A DNA stretch of 64,000 bases from assembly GCA_021157845.1 (NCBI GenBank), contig JAGGVU010000019.1:2410-66409 (forward strand), in the 5' to 3' direction. A model generated the notes under the pieces. The model made no database searches and was not told where the DNA came from. It saw only the letters and a list, made by a program, of their open reading frames with translations. Below are positions 39,545 to 49,567 of the stretch, piece after piece (position 1 is the stretch's first letter; each line of letters begins with the position of its first letter). A program made the position numbers and the translations under genes. The DNA comes from Candidatus Aenigmatarchaeota archaeon. Lineage in GTDB: Archaea; Aenigmatarchaeota; Aenigmatarchaeia; GW2011-AR5; JAGGXF01.

Positions 39545-39703
39545 CTATCATATTCAAACATTATTTACTATTAACCAGTAACTATTTAAAGGTTTTTAAT
39601 ACGTTAGTTCTTCCAAATCCTTTAAAACATAATGCATTATATTTTGATGTGTATTTAAGTCTTATGTAAGGCTAGGATAAAGATGAATACGAAATAAAAA
39701 TAA

Positions 39704-41653
39704 TCATTTTAATTCTTCCTTTTTCCACTCAGCGCCTTTCCCCTTTTCCACAGCAGCCCTTGATAAAAACCCGTGCGTTTCTTCAGGTACGGCTAGTAGA
39801 CCTTGCAACGGGTCGAACGCATGCTCCCTTATTGCAATATTTTGTGCAGCTTCAAAATTTTTATTAATGCCGAAAAATTCTGGTGGAAGATCTTCAGGTG
39901 CTATATTTTTTTCAAGCGCGTCAATAATTTTTCTATAAGCTATAGCACTTTGTTTTACACCGTAACTTCCCATTTCCCATATTATGTATGTGTTCTTCAT
40001 TCCAGCTTCTCTAAGCTTGTATATGGTTCTATATAATATGTACATATCATTTGATAATAATGCTATTGGCGCGTGCGCACCTGGAATCGGCCTTGGCGCA
40101 TTCACATGCAGGCATCTTATATATTTTCCGTCACCTGGCATGGTTTTCATTATTTTTTCTGCCTCTTCTTCCGGGCTTATGAAATTTGTTGTTAAGTGTT
40201 CAGTATCCAAACAATACGAGATGTGTTCCGGATCAAGTACTTTTGCGATCTTGATGTGGTCAGTTGCCCGTATTATTCTCAACTTTCCTTCTGCTCCTTC
40301 GCTAGGCATATTTGTTTCTATAAATATATGTACTTTGTTTTTCTTTGCATACTCATACGGTGAAACAAATTTTTTTTCACCAGCAGGAATACCGTATTCT
40401 GGGCCGCTTGCCTTGAGATGTCCTTCTATGTATTTGGCAGCAACAGCTGTTATTATTTCTTTTATACTATCATCTAAACTACCTGTTTGTCCCATTTTGG
40501 TGTTTGCTTCTGAAATTATTTTATCTGGGTCTCTCTGGTCGGTTACTATTGAGGTATATAGCGGGTCTTTATTTTTCCACATCCACTTTGCTGTTGCATG
40601 ATAAACAACATATTCCTCTGCTTCTGAGCCATGTTCTCTCCAATATTCAAATACACTTGGGATATCCAACTGGTATAATGTTATTCTTCTGTAAATTGGA
40701 TATATTTTGTTATATTCACTCTTTCCGTATTTTTCAATTATTTTTTCTTTTATGAACTCAGAGCTATTATTTATAATTCTGCTATATCTTCTATCTTTGG
40801 CCGCTTTTGTTCTTCTTAGCTCGGTTAGCTCTTTAATCAGGTTTTCTCTTTTTTTATTTTCTTCGCTTGTTAACCCCTTTCTCGACCTTTTCAGTTCGAG
40901 CTCTCCCAACTCCTTTTCTTTGTTGCCTGCATCTTTTTCTAGCTGGTCGCTGTCTTCGGCAAGTTTTTTGAGTTCTTCTTTTATCTTGTTTTCAGCTTCT
41001 TCAAAAATTCCGTTTATCCTATCCATTTCCTTTTGAAAATTTTCAATATTATCAAAATATTTGACAACATCCACATCTGGTGGAGAGCCCATAGCAGAGA
41101 ACATAACTCGTATGAATTTTGCCATAAACCACTGTTTAAAATTAAATGATCCTCCGGATTCTTTAACAATCCAGTCCCCAAAATTCATTCCATTCCACGA
41201 TGCCATTTTCGACGGATATTGTCTCTGGCCTGATACAGGGGTTAGATTTGGACGAGGGTTGGACGATGTATGAAAGAGCATGAATTTTGCTTTCATTATA
41301 TCAGCTGCAGCAATGGTTCCAAGTTTAAGCTGTTCCTGCATCGTTGACCATATATAGGCATCTGCAAGACACAAATCCATCCTATAAGGAAGATGTAGGC
41401 CAACTTCTATATTTTGAGCCCTTTTTATATGTTCGACCTGCTGTTTTATATCCGGCTCAAACATTTCAGAAAGCGATTCAAAGTCTATCATTGCAAATTC
41501 AAAGCCAAGACGGGCCGCTTTTGTTATTTTTTTGGCCAGACCCATGAATGTTAGCCTGTTCTCACCTTGTTCAAACTGGGAAAATCCAGGGCTGACGCCA
41601 AGAATATATCCGATTGGTCTGTTTTCTTTGTCCCATTTTGGCATAGTTATCAC
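39704..41653 (-). CDS. Large xylose-isomerase/AP-endonuclease-2-like TIM-barrel protein with coiled-coil insertion
   Basis: GLHLP, FHTS, IETN, CLDTEH, LHVN, HAPI, IWE motifs around a K/E-rich insert. Confidence 0.7.
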   Translation of the reverse strand: MITMPKWDKENRPIGYILGVSPGFSQFEQGENRLTFMGLAKKITKAARLGFEFAMIDFESLSEMFEPDIKQQVEHIKRAQNIEVGLHLPYRMDLCLADAYIWSTMQEQLKLGTIAAADIMKAKFMLFHTSSNPRPNLTPVSGQRQYPSKMASWNGMNFGDWIVKESGGSFNFKQWFMAKFIRVMFSAMGSPPDVDVVKYFDNIENFQKEMDRINGIFEEAENKIKEELKKLAEDSDQLEKDAGNKEKELGELELKRSRKGLTSEENKKRENLIKELTELRRTKAAKDRRYSRIINNSSEFIKEKIIEKYGKSEYNKIYPIYRRITLYQLDIPSVFEYWREHGSEAEEYVVYHATAKWMWKNKDPLYTSIVTDQRDPDKIISEANTKMGQTGSLDDSIKEIITAVAAKYIEGHLKASGPEYGIPAGEKKFVSPYEYAKKNKVHIFIETNMPSEGAEGKLRIIRATDHIKIAKVLDPEHISYCLDTEHLTTNFISPEEEAEKIMKTMPGDGKYIRCLHVNAPRPIPGAHAPIALLSNDMYILYRTIYKLREAGMKNTYIIWEMGSYGVKQSAIAYRKIIDALEKNIAPEDLPPEFFGINKNFEAAQNIAIREHAFDPLQGLLAVPEETHGFLSRAAVEKGKGAEWKKEELK

Positions 41654-41660
41654 TTATAAA

Positions 41661-43304
41661 TCAATGGCCAACACCCATTTGGCTCTGTAAAAAGTTGACG
41701 ATTGTGTTAAACCTACCACCAACTGTCATTAGATGGAAGTTAGGTATTCTATCATAGAAGTCTCTTTCATATGGACCGCGTTTCAGAAATTTTAATGGGA
41801 TTCCAAAATAGTTGAAAAAGCTGTGTATAGGGTCTGTAATTTTGGTCAGAAATCCTCTTTTTTTTTCTTTATCTTCTTCCAGTTTGTAAAATTCTTCCGG
41901 ATATTCTTCTCTTAGCTTGTCCATTGTTTCAAATTCTTTTCCTTCTGCAACAAACTTTTTACCTTTTTTTATATAGCGCACTGTTTCTAAATATTTTTCA
42001 GAGCCAACAAGCTGGTTTACATATCGTTCGAATTCCTCATGCTTGGCCTTTATTTCCAGAAGTTTCACAAGAAGGATATTCTTGCTCACCATCTTTCCAG
42101 AGATGTCAAATGTTATATCTTCTAATTCGCTCCCGTCAGGCAACCTATACACATCACGCTGCATTTTTATTGGAAACACACTATAGTAGTCCTGTTCTTT
42201 CCCACTGGTCCAAAACGAGCCTTCAGCAATTAATTCTTTGGTTTTTTGTTCCACCCATTTTTCAGTTATCCATGGAAATTCCTCCACAAGACATTTTTCT
42301 CCATTTTTTCTCAGTTTTTTTCTTATATTTGGAAAATCTGCAGCCAAATCAAATATGAAATTTCTTTTGATAAACTCATCAAGCACAGGCGGTGATTTTT
42401 CTCCAAACAATTCACCAGATGTTTTTTTGAATTCTGCAACATCTATGTAATACCATGCAAATATTTCTATTGAATTCTCAGAAACAGCTTGTGCAGCTGA
42501 TTTATAATATTTGCCCGGTTCTGCTTTTCTAATACTGGGTCTTGACAGCCCTTCTTCTATTAATTTATGTTTTGCTATATATGGTTTTAGCCAGTTTTTA
42601 TATTCTTCTACAGACATTCTTCTGCTTCTCACCAAATTCAAAAGGCTTTTATACCGTTCTTTCACTTCTCTGCTAAATATGTGCTTCCATTGTTCATATG
42701 CTTTCCACTTGACTTTTAACATATCTCGTTCCACCTTTGGCAGGTTTGAAAGATATTTATCTTTTTCTAGGTCTTCCAGTGATTGCATAGACATAAAGTC
42801 TTGAACAATTGTTGGCATAATATTAGCATTGCGCATAAATGCCATGCTAAGCCGGCCCGCTCCTTGTGCAGCACCGCCAGTATAAAAGTCCACCTGATCT
42901 ACAAATATTGCTTTCAGGCTCGCTTCGTCTTTATTTTCAATATAGTTAATAAATTCCCTATATTTTCTTAGGTCATGCTTTAATAATTCTAGGTCTGCGA
43001 CAGCCTGAGATACAGATGCCAGACCCTGCTTTATTTTAGATTCAAGCTGCTCTTTTTGTTGTGTTGTAAGCTGAAAATATTGAGCATGAACAGGAGATAT
43101 ATTTATCCATTCATCTACTTTTATCTCTTTCCAGCCCCATTTTGGAATTTGAAATACAAGAGCATAAAACAGGTTAGTTCCTGTTCCTATTTTTCCTGTA
43201 AAGTCTAATGATGTTTTCGCTTCGTATGGCTGGGCATAACATCCCAACCCATGATGTGGGGCTTCTGGGCCCACCAACGCGTAAATTGCATTCCACGAAA
43301 CCAT
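41661..43304 (-). CDS. Hypothetical protein (547 aa, coiled-coil segments)
   Basis: Long ORF ending 7 nt before the TIM-barrel gene. Confidence 0.8.
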   Translation of the reverse strand: MVSWNAIYALVGPEAPHHGLGCYAQPYEAKTSLDFTGKIGTGTNLFYALVFQIPKWGWKEIKVDEWINISPVHAQYFQLTTQQKEQLESKIKQGLASVSQAVADLELLKHDLRKYREFINYIENKDEASLKAIFVDQVDFYTGGAAQGAGRLSMAFMRNANIMPTIVQDFMSMQSLEDLEKDKYLSNLPKVERDMLKVKWKAYEQWKHIFSREVKERYKSLLNLVRSRRMSVEEYKNWLKPYIAKHKLIEEGLSRPSIRKAEPGKYYKSAAQAVSENSIEIFAWYYIDVAEFKKTSGELFGEKSPPVLDEFIKRNFIFDLAADFPNIRKKLRKNGEKCLVEEFPWITEKWVEQKTKELIAEGSFWTSGKEQDYYSVFPIKMQRDVYRLPDGSELEDITFDISGKMVSKNILLVKLLEIKAKHEEFERYVNQLVGSEKYLETVRYIKKGKKFVAEGKEFETMDKLREEYPEEFYKLEEDKEKKRGFLTKITDPIHSFFNYFGIPLKFLKRGPYERDFYDRIPNFHLMTVGGRFNTIVNFLQSQMGVGH

Positions 43305-43475
43305 TCTATCGCCTATAATTATATTTCAGCATGATTTATAATATTTTAAATTTTTCATTCACTGGCAATTCACAATGCTCGAGGCATTCTGAACTATCTA
43401 ATTGGCTTTACGTCAATTAAATAAATTTTAGTTGCAGAGTTTATTAAATTTTCATGCTCAGAAATATGACATCAT

Positions 43476-43832
43476 TTAGAAAAATGTCCAGTAAATCCCA
43501 AGTATTATCAAGATAAGGCCAATCAGAATGCCCGTATGCGACAATCCACGATTCGGACCATAATACTGAATTTTCATTGTTGGATATTTCATAGCTAAAA
43601 AACCACCACACAATAATGTTATAATTCCGCCTATCCGCCCAATTAGCTTTGTCTGAACGGCTGAAATCATTTTTAGGCCAATCCATATGAATATGAGAGA
43701 TGTGATTATTATAATCAATAGTTGCCTATCTCCTATTTTTCTGTCATGGCTTGTTAACAAGAACAATGATAATAATGCAAACGCTATAAGGAATGATGCC
43801 ACAAGTTCTAATCCGACGATTTCCAGCAACAT
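43476..43832 (-). CDS. Four-TM membrane protein
   Basis: 118 aa, hydrophobic. Confidence 0.65.
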   Translation of the reverse strand: MLLEIVGLELVASFLIAFALLSLFLLTSHDRKIGDRQLLIIIITSLIFIWIGLKMISAVQTKLIGRIGGIITLLCGGFLAMKYPTMKIQYYGPNRGLSHTGILIGLILIILGIYWTFF

Positions 43833-43896
43833 ATTTATTTATATAGGATTTGATAAATAAATAATTAGTGTTCGCCAATACTAAGAGGGATTAAAA

Positions 43897-44406
43897 ATGG
43901 TATTTACAAGGACGAGGATAACCATATGGGACCAGATTTATAGGCCCAGAAAAAGTTCTATTGTGCGGTATAAAGGTCCTAATACCTCAAAGGCCTACAA
44001 AAAGGTATATAGACTGATTAAATCAATATTCAATGTGCCTTCTGGTTATATTCAAGAAAAGCTCTATAACTGGGAAAATGACAAAGACAAGCAAAGATTT
44101 TCCATAAGGTGGCAAGTTGACAAACCACTTGACCAGTACACATATATAGACTGGGACATTGAGCTGAAGGGGTTTGAAGCAAATAGGACGGGCGAGGTAG
44201 TTATTAGTATAGAGCCAAGGCTTATTACAGAATATCCACAGGATACAATATGGGAGCAAAGCATATTTTACGAGATGCTAAGACGTTTGTGGCATGTCTT
44301 ATTTTACGAAAAGAAACGGGAAGAATTTTTTGAGCTTGGAAAATCCCTAACACAGGAATTTGAAGAAAAGCTTAGAGACGAGTTAAATAAGTTAAAATCT
44401 TCTTAG
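43897..44406 (+). CDS. Hypothetical protein, paralogue of the next gene
   Basis: 169 aa; shares KGxN, Y/LNW, K.LD.Y/W, PR..T pattern with 44409-44924. Confidence 0.8.
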   Translation: MVFTRTRITIWDQIYRPRKSSIVRYKGPNTSKAYKKVYRLIKSIFNVPSGYIQEKLYNWENDKDKQRFSIRWQVDKPLDQYTYIDWDIELKGFEANRTGEVVISIEPRLITEYPQDTIWEQSIFYEMLRRLWHVLFYEKKREEFFELGKSLTQEFEEKLRDELNKLKSS

Positions 44407-44408
44407 TT

Positions 44409-44924
44409 GTGACTATTATGGATGATTTGTTTATATCAGACGATGTCTTGGGACCAGATGAAAAAATACTAATTATTTTTAAAGGCCAGAATCCGATGAA
44501 TATTTTAAAAATAATAAAAGCAGAGATAAAGAGTATTTATCAGATTCCTGGAAAAGACATAAAAACGCTTAAATTAAACTGGGACGCGTCATCTGACAAC
44601 AGAGAAATATATGCACAGTGGTTGATAGAAAAAAAAATGGATAAGTGGTCAAAAAATTGGGTAATTTTTATTGTTCAGGGTCATGTGGATGCTAAAACAA
44701 ACAAAGGAGACATAACCTTTATCATGGTGCCGAGAATACAAACAAAAATCAACTATTCAAACTTTTTACAAAGGGCTTTTTGGTACATATATAATAGATG
44801 GTTTTATAGAAAACAGCGAATGAAATACATCGAAGAGGCAAAGGATTTGGCTTTTAAGTTCAGGGATAAAATAACAGATGAGCTGGGCATTCCGAGGAAG
44901 ATGTATTTTGAGGATAGGGTGTGA
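44409..44924 (+). CDS. Hypothetical protein, paralogue of the previous gene
   Basis: 171 aa, collinear similarity, 2-nt gap. Confidence 0.8.
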   Translation: MTIMDDLFISDDVLGPDEKILIIFKGQNPMNILKIIKAEIKSIYQIPGKDIKTLKLNWDASSDNREIYAQWLIEKKMDKWSKNWVIFIVQGHVDAKTNKGDITFIMVPRIQTKINYSNFLQRAFWYIYNRWFYRKQRMKYIEEAKDLAFKFRDKITDELGIPRKMYFEDRV

Positions 44925-45319
44925 TTTGCATGTCATTTTTTAATAAAATTTCGGGAAAGATAAAAAATATTTTTTCAAGAGGAAAAAAGGAAGAAATTAC
45001 GCAGATAAAAGAACGGGTTATCAACAAACCGACTCCACCGCTGGAAACAAGACCAAGAAATGACATAGCTATTAATGCAGACTTACCCACTACAAGTGAG
45101 CCAAGACCTGATTCCGTGCCACTGAGAGAGTCGCTTCTTCCAGAACCGAATACAGAGATAGCCAGACCGAGAATAGAATCTCGGTTATTAACACCCCAAA
45201 AAGAGTATAACAGAGAAGCTGATAACAGGGATGATTTAAGAAAACAGCTTCTTGCGATAGAGAAAAGACTGGACGCAATAGACCAAAGACTCAGCTCAAT
45301 AGAATCTAGGATTATATAG
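44921..45319 (+). CDS. Hypothetical protein with Pro-rich linker and C-terminal coiled coil
   Basis: Amphipathic MSFFNKI start, P/E/T-rich middle, LLAIEKRLDAIDQRLSSIE. Confidence 0.7.
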   Translation: MICMSFFNKISGKIKNIFSRGKKEEITQIKERVINKPTPPLETRPRNDIAINADLPTTSEPRPDSVPLRESLLPEPNTEIARPRIESRLLTPQKEYNREADNRDDLRKQLLAIEKRLDAIDQRLSSIESRII

Positions 45320-45815
45320 GAACCAACATCGAAAGCCAGTGAGCAGTTTCTGCTTGCCAGCCTGTAGTTCTCAAGTCCAGATTAGTACATATCATACCTG
45401 ATTTATATATATCAACTTTATGTTTTGAGGTCGAAAGAGATATATAATCAATAGAGTAGGCATCTCTTACAATTTTATTTATCAGTTCTGACAAATTTTC
45501 ATATTTTTCTTTTTTAATTAGTTCATCTATTTTCTTTTCTATTTTTTCATTTTTCGGATTTATTTTAATTTTATTAATCCTTCCCCAGTCGGAAGTCCAG
45601 TATTCCAAAAATTTTGCTATTCTTTTGTCGGGAAATAGTGTGTAAACAATGGGTATGTCTTCATGATATTTTTTCTCAAAAGCTCCTATATTAGAATCAG
45701 GAATTTCTATTGTAACGAACTTCTTATCACCAACATCTATAGGAAACCAGAATGTATCCAATTTTTTATAATCCTCATCTGAAGCAGTTTTTTCGTAAAC
45801 TTGATATGTTTTCAT
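45312..45815 (-). CDS. Hypothetical protein
   Basis: 167 aa with GTGA SD, downstream of rli1. Confidence 0.65.
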   Translation of the reverse strand: MKTYQVYEKTASDEDYKKLDTFWFPIDVGDKKFVTIEIPDSNIGAFEKKYHEDIPIVYTLFPDKRIAKFLEYWTSDWGRINKIKINPKNEKIEKKIDELIKKEKYENLSELINKIVRDAYSIDYISLSTSKHKVDIYKSGMICTNLDLRTTGWQAETAHWLSMLVPI

Positions 45816-45844
45816 TTTATCACTAACCTTCAGTCTAAATTTTC

Positions 45845-47584
45845 TTAGGCACCAAGATAATACTCCCCACTTTCTTTTTGTTTTGTATCTTTTTGTGAAC
45901 CAAGCTTATTCGCCCGCGGTCTGTTTGTTTCAACATCTTTTCTAAATGTTACTCCAACCTCTTTTAGAAACGTGTTAAATCCGTCCTTCACTGACATGCA
46001 TTCTGCTTTTCCGATTTTTCCCGGTATTCCTGTAAAAACCATAGCCCGATCTGACAGATAGCTTAAAAACAACAAATCATGATCTATTACAAGGACAGAG
46101 GAATTTTCAGACCGAGTCTTTAAGATTTTAGCCACAGTCAACCTTTGGTCAACATCTAGGTATGCAGAAGGCTCATCCAATAAATATACATCTGCATTTT
46201 TTGCAAGGCATGAGGCTATTGCAACACGTTGTAACTCACCGCCAGACAAATCAGATATATTTTTTTCAAGAAGTTTTGTTAGCTCAAGGGGCTCCATATA
46301 TTTTTGCTTAAATTCCTGTTTTGATTGTACAACTTCTTCAACCTTTCCTTTAAAATCGGAAGAAATGTACTGCGGCTTATATGATATTTTTATTTTTTTA
46401 TCCAGCTCTCCGCTATCCGCGGTCGTCTCACCAGCCAGTATTCTTGCAAATGTCGTCTTTCCAAGCGCATTAGCACCAAATATGCCAAGAACCTCATTTT
46501 TGTAGATTTTATCTGATTTGATATTTAATTCGAATGTCTTAAATCGCTTTTTCAAATCTGTGAATTCTGTTAGGACTGGTTTTTTTATGACATTTTCTGA
46601 TACTGTTGACGAGAACACTGTTTTTTCTCTTATTCTAATATTATCTTCTCTTATATATCCTGATAAAAATGTGTTTATCCCATTTAAGGTGGAATATGGC
46701 TTTGATACAGCACCAAAAACACTTGGCACTCCGTAAAATATATGAATTCTGTCTGCCAAGAAGTCTAGAGTAGCCAAATCATGCTCAACAACCATTACAG
46801 GGCTTTTTTGCGATAATTCCCTTATAATCTTTGCAACGTTCATTCTTTGTCTGACATCCAAATATGATGACGGCTCGTCAAAGTAATATATGTCGGCTTT
46901 CTTTGAAACAGCTTTTGCTATAGCAACGCGCTGTAGTTCTCCTCCAGATAAATCTGCTATATTCCTGTCCAGGCAGTTTTTCAGTTCTAATCTATCTATT
47001 ATTGATTTATCAACGTCTTCTAGCAGTTCCTTGACAACTCCTTTACACACTTTCTTAATCTTGTCAACCTGCTGTGGTTTGTAAACTGTTTTTATCTCTT
47101 CTTTTGACAATTTTTCCAGATAGGTTTGTAATTCATTGCCCCTGTGCATTGTAATTATATCTTTCCATTCTACGTCTCTGTCAAAACATCCAAGATTTGG
47201 TTTTATCTCTCCACTTAAAATTCTAAGAGCAGTTGTCTTTCCGATTCCATTTGGTCCAAGAAGGCCAATAACACCCATCACCGGAATGGGTAACCTAAAA
47301 AGAACAAAACCATTTTGGCCAAAGCGATGTATAGGCGTTTCTTCCAGTGCTTCTGGTGTATTTACAATTGATATGGCCCTTTGACTGCATTTTTTTATAC
47401 ATATTCCACATCCAATGCACAATTTTTCATCTATGACAGGCAGTTGTTTTTTGACACCATTGACTAGCTTTTCCTCTATTCTTATACATTCCTCTCCTTT
47501 CCTGTTCACCGGGCAAAACCGCTTGCATGCATAGTTTGTTTTGGCCGGATTGCACAGGTCATAGTCAATTACAGCTAGTCGCAT
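45845..47584 (-). CDS. rli1: Ribosome recycling ATPase ABCE1/Rli1
   Basis: N-terminal Fe-S domain, two ABC domains with LSGGELQR, RPRANK. Confidence 0.96.
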   Translation of the reverse strand: MRLAVIDYDLCNPAKTNYACKRFCPVNRKGEECIRIEEKLVNGVKKQLPVIDEKLCIGCGICIKKCSQRAISIVNTPEALEETPIHRFGQNGFVLFRLPIPVMGVIGLLGPNGIGKTTALRILSGEIKPNLGCFDRDVEWKDIITMHRGNELQTYLEKLSKEEIKTVYKPQQVDKIKKVCKGVVKELLEDVDKSIIDRLELKNCLDRNIADLSGGELQRVAIAKAVSKKADIYYFDEPSSYLDVRQRMNVAKIIRELSQKSPVMVVEHDLATLDFLADRIHIFYGVPSVFGAVSKPYSTLNGINTFLSGYIREDNIRIREKTVFSSTVSENVIKKPVLTEFTDLKKRFKTFELNIKSDKIYKNEVLGIFGANALGKTTFARILAGETTADSGELDKKIKISYKPQYISSDFKGKVEEVVQSKQEFKQKYMEPLELTKLLEKNISDLSGGELQRVAIASCLAKNADVYLLDEPSAYLDVDQRLTVAKILKTRSENSSVLVIDHDLLFLSYLSDRAMVFTGIPGKIGKAECMSVKDGFNTFLKEVGVTFRKDVETNRPRANKLGSQKDTKQKESGEYYLGA

Positions 47585-47674
47585 TGTGAACACTTTATAA
47601 CTAATTTTTTATTAAAAGTTAATTAGGAATATTAATTAATAAACTTTATATTTAAGTTTCTTTAATAATTCTTT

Positions 47675-48709
47675 ATGGTTGATGAAGATATCAGTGATGA
47701 AAAAAAAGCATGGAAAGAGGCATATTTCAGCGACAATAAAAAAATGGGTTTCTTGAAAAAAATCAAAACAGCAATTTTTCATCCCAATGATTTTTTTGAA
47801 TTAGTCAGAGAAGAAAAGATACATGAAACCATCAAATTTTATGGAATTTTATGTGTCATAGGTTTAATTCTCTCATTGATTTCAGAAAAGGTCAGTGGGA
47901 TTGCTGTTTCTTTGCCCATTAGTAAAATGGTGTTTAGTTTTATATCCGGTCTGGTCTTTTCCTTAGTTACTGTTGCTATTATTCATTTATTTGTTAAATT
48001 GCTAAAAGGAAAAGGAAATTTTTATGATACGCTTAAAGCCAATATTTATTCAGTTATACCACTTTTTGTGCTAAATGTTTTACTATCTCCTCTTATTATT
48101 TTTCTGAATTTAAGGATTTTAAAATCAACGAGTTTTTCATTTTTTATCATAATTATTATAATATTTTTTTTGGGAATTGTTTTGGCAGGTTTGAGTTATT
48201 CAGTTTACTTGTTAGTTGGTGGTTTATCCAAATATCATAAGATTTCCAAGAAAAGGGCTTTGCTAGCTGTTTGTTTACCAATTATATTAATCATGATTTT
48301 AGTCGTGGTTTTATTAGTAGGATCCGCTGTATGGTTTAATAGGGTCACATCTGGTCTTTCAAATATGAGTCTTGAGAGATCAGAACAGTTGTATTGTGCT
48401 ATGGCCGCAATTTCTATTAGGAACGCAACATGTAACTGCGACGGCTCTATTAATATATCAGTATCTAATATAGGAACTGCTAATATAACTATGGATAAAG
48501 TACAAATATCATATAATAATGGAATGAACGTTTCTTTAATAGACCTTCCTAGTACAGAATTTCTGGAGCCAGGAAAAAGTTCATCATTTATAGCAAGAAA
48601 TTTCAATTGTAGAGCCTATAAAATAAGTGCAATTACAGTTTTTGATAAGAATTGTAAACTTGTAGGAGATTTCATAACCGAAGAGTATATAGATTATGAA
48701 AAATGTTGA
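47675..48709 (+). CDS. Yip1-family membrane protein with extracellular C-terminal domain
   Basis: IFHPNDFFE, five TMs, GLSKYHKIS..RA; Cys/Asn-rich beta domain follows. Confidence 0.75.
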   Translation: MVDEDISDEKKAWKEAYFSDNKKMGFLKKIKTAIFHPNDFFELVREEKIHETIKFYGILCVIGLILSLISEKVSGIAVSLPISKMVFSFISGLVFSLVTVAIIHLFVKLLKGKGNFYDTLKANIYSVIPLFVLNVLLSPLIIFLNLRILKSTSFSFFIIIIIIFFLGIVLAGLSYSVYLLVGGLSKYHKISKKRALLAVCLPIILIMILVVVLLVGSAVWFNRVTSGLSNMSLERSEQLYCAMAAISIRNATCNCDGSINISVSNIGTANITMDKVQISYNNGMNVSLIDLPSTEFLEPGKSSSFIARNFNCRAYKISAITVFDKNCKLVGDFITEEYIDYEKC

Positions 48710-49219
48710 TTACTCAAAAACCAGCTCAATATTTTTGTTGCTTAACTCTTTCATAATTTTTCCGAAATTTTCAGGGCTTATACTTATTTTCGAAGAATAT
48801 CTCCTATTTATACATATTCTGAATAATTCACCATCGTTTGTGTATATCGTATCAATCCTATTTATTGGAACATTCCCGAGAAGCGACTTTATAAATCCCT
48901 TAGTCGATCTTGGTATGGCATTTATTCTCACATATTTTTTGACCATATCAGACAATTCCCTGACATATTGGCTACCCGGCCCGATAATTTTTTTTACATC
49001 TTGCGGCTCAACAAACACAAGTATTTTTCCAATATCAATTATATGCTTTATTTCAACTTCATTCAACTCTGGATGTATTTTTGCTAGTTTATAGATAGAT
49101 TTAGCTAGTTCTATTTCTTTTTGAGTTATAATATTATTATCTAGCTTTTTTCTACAATCTTCACAAAGTTTATCTGTTTTCATACATTCGCACGGTTTCA
49201 TAGTCTCATCACTAGCCAA
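48710..49219 (-). CDS. NusA-like KH protein with N-terminal Zn finger
   Basis: PCECMKTDKLCEDC and KH motif IIGPGSQYVRELS. Confidence 0.8.
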   Translation of the reverse strand: MASDETMKPCECMKTDKLCEDCRKKLDNNIITQKEIELAKSIYKLAKIHPELNEVEIKHIIDIGKILVFVEPQDVKKIIGPGSQYVRELSDMVKKYVRINAIPRSTKGFIKSLLGNVPINRIDTIYTNDGELFRICINRRYSSKISISPENFGKIMKELSNKNIELVFE

Positions 49220-49312
49220 AAATTTTACACACGCCCCACTTATCTCTTGACTTATAATTATTAGTTTCCACAGATTTTTAAACCTATAACATAATTAATA
49301 TTTGGTAATAAA

Positions 49313-49567
49313 ATGATAAAAATTATGGGCCAGATAGATGAAAAGACTAAAAATTTAACACGAGAATACAATTTATTTTTTGGGCACAAGCTCAAAGAGT
49401 CACGCTACTGTTTTGGCAAAAGAGCTGAAAATATGGTAACAGATAGTGTTATTAAGGATGCTGAGATTAAAGATTTTGCAGGGTTTTTAAAATCCTTTGG
49501 GTTGGCACTCCCATATATATGGGCAAATCCATTCTTATTTGTTTTAAATTTTTGGTTAATTGAATGA
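49313..49567 (+). CDS. Hypothetical protein
   Basis: 84 aa with ATGA overlap to the next gene. Confidence 0.45.
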   Translation: MIKIMGQIDEKTKNLTREYNLFFGHKLKESRYCFGKRAENMVTDSVIKDAEIKDFAGFLKSFGLALPYIWANPFLFVLNFWLIE

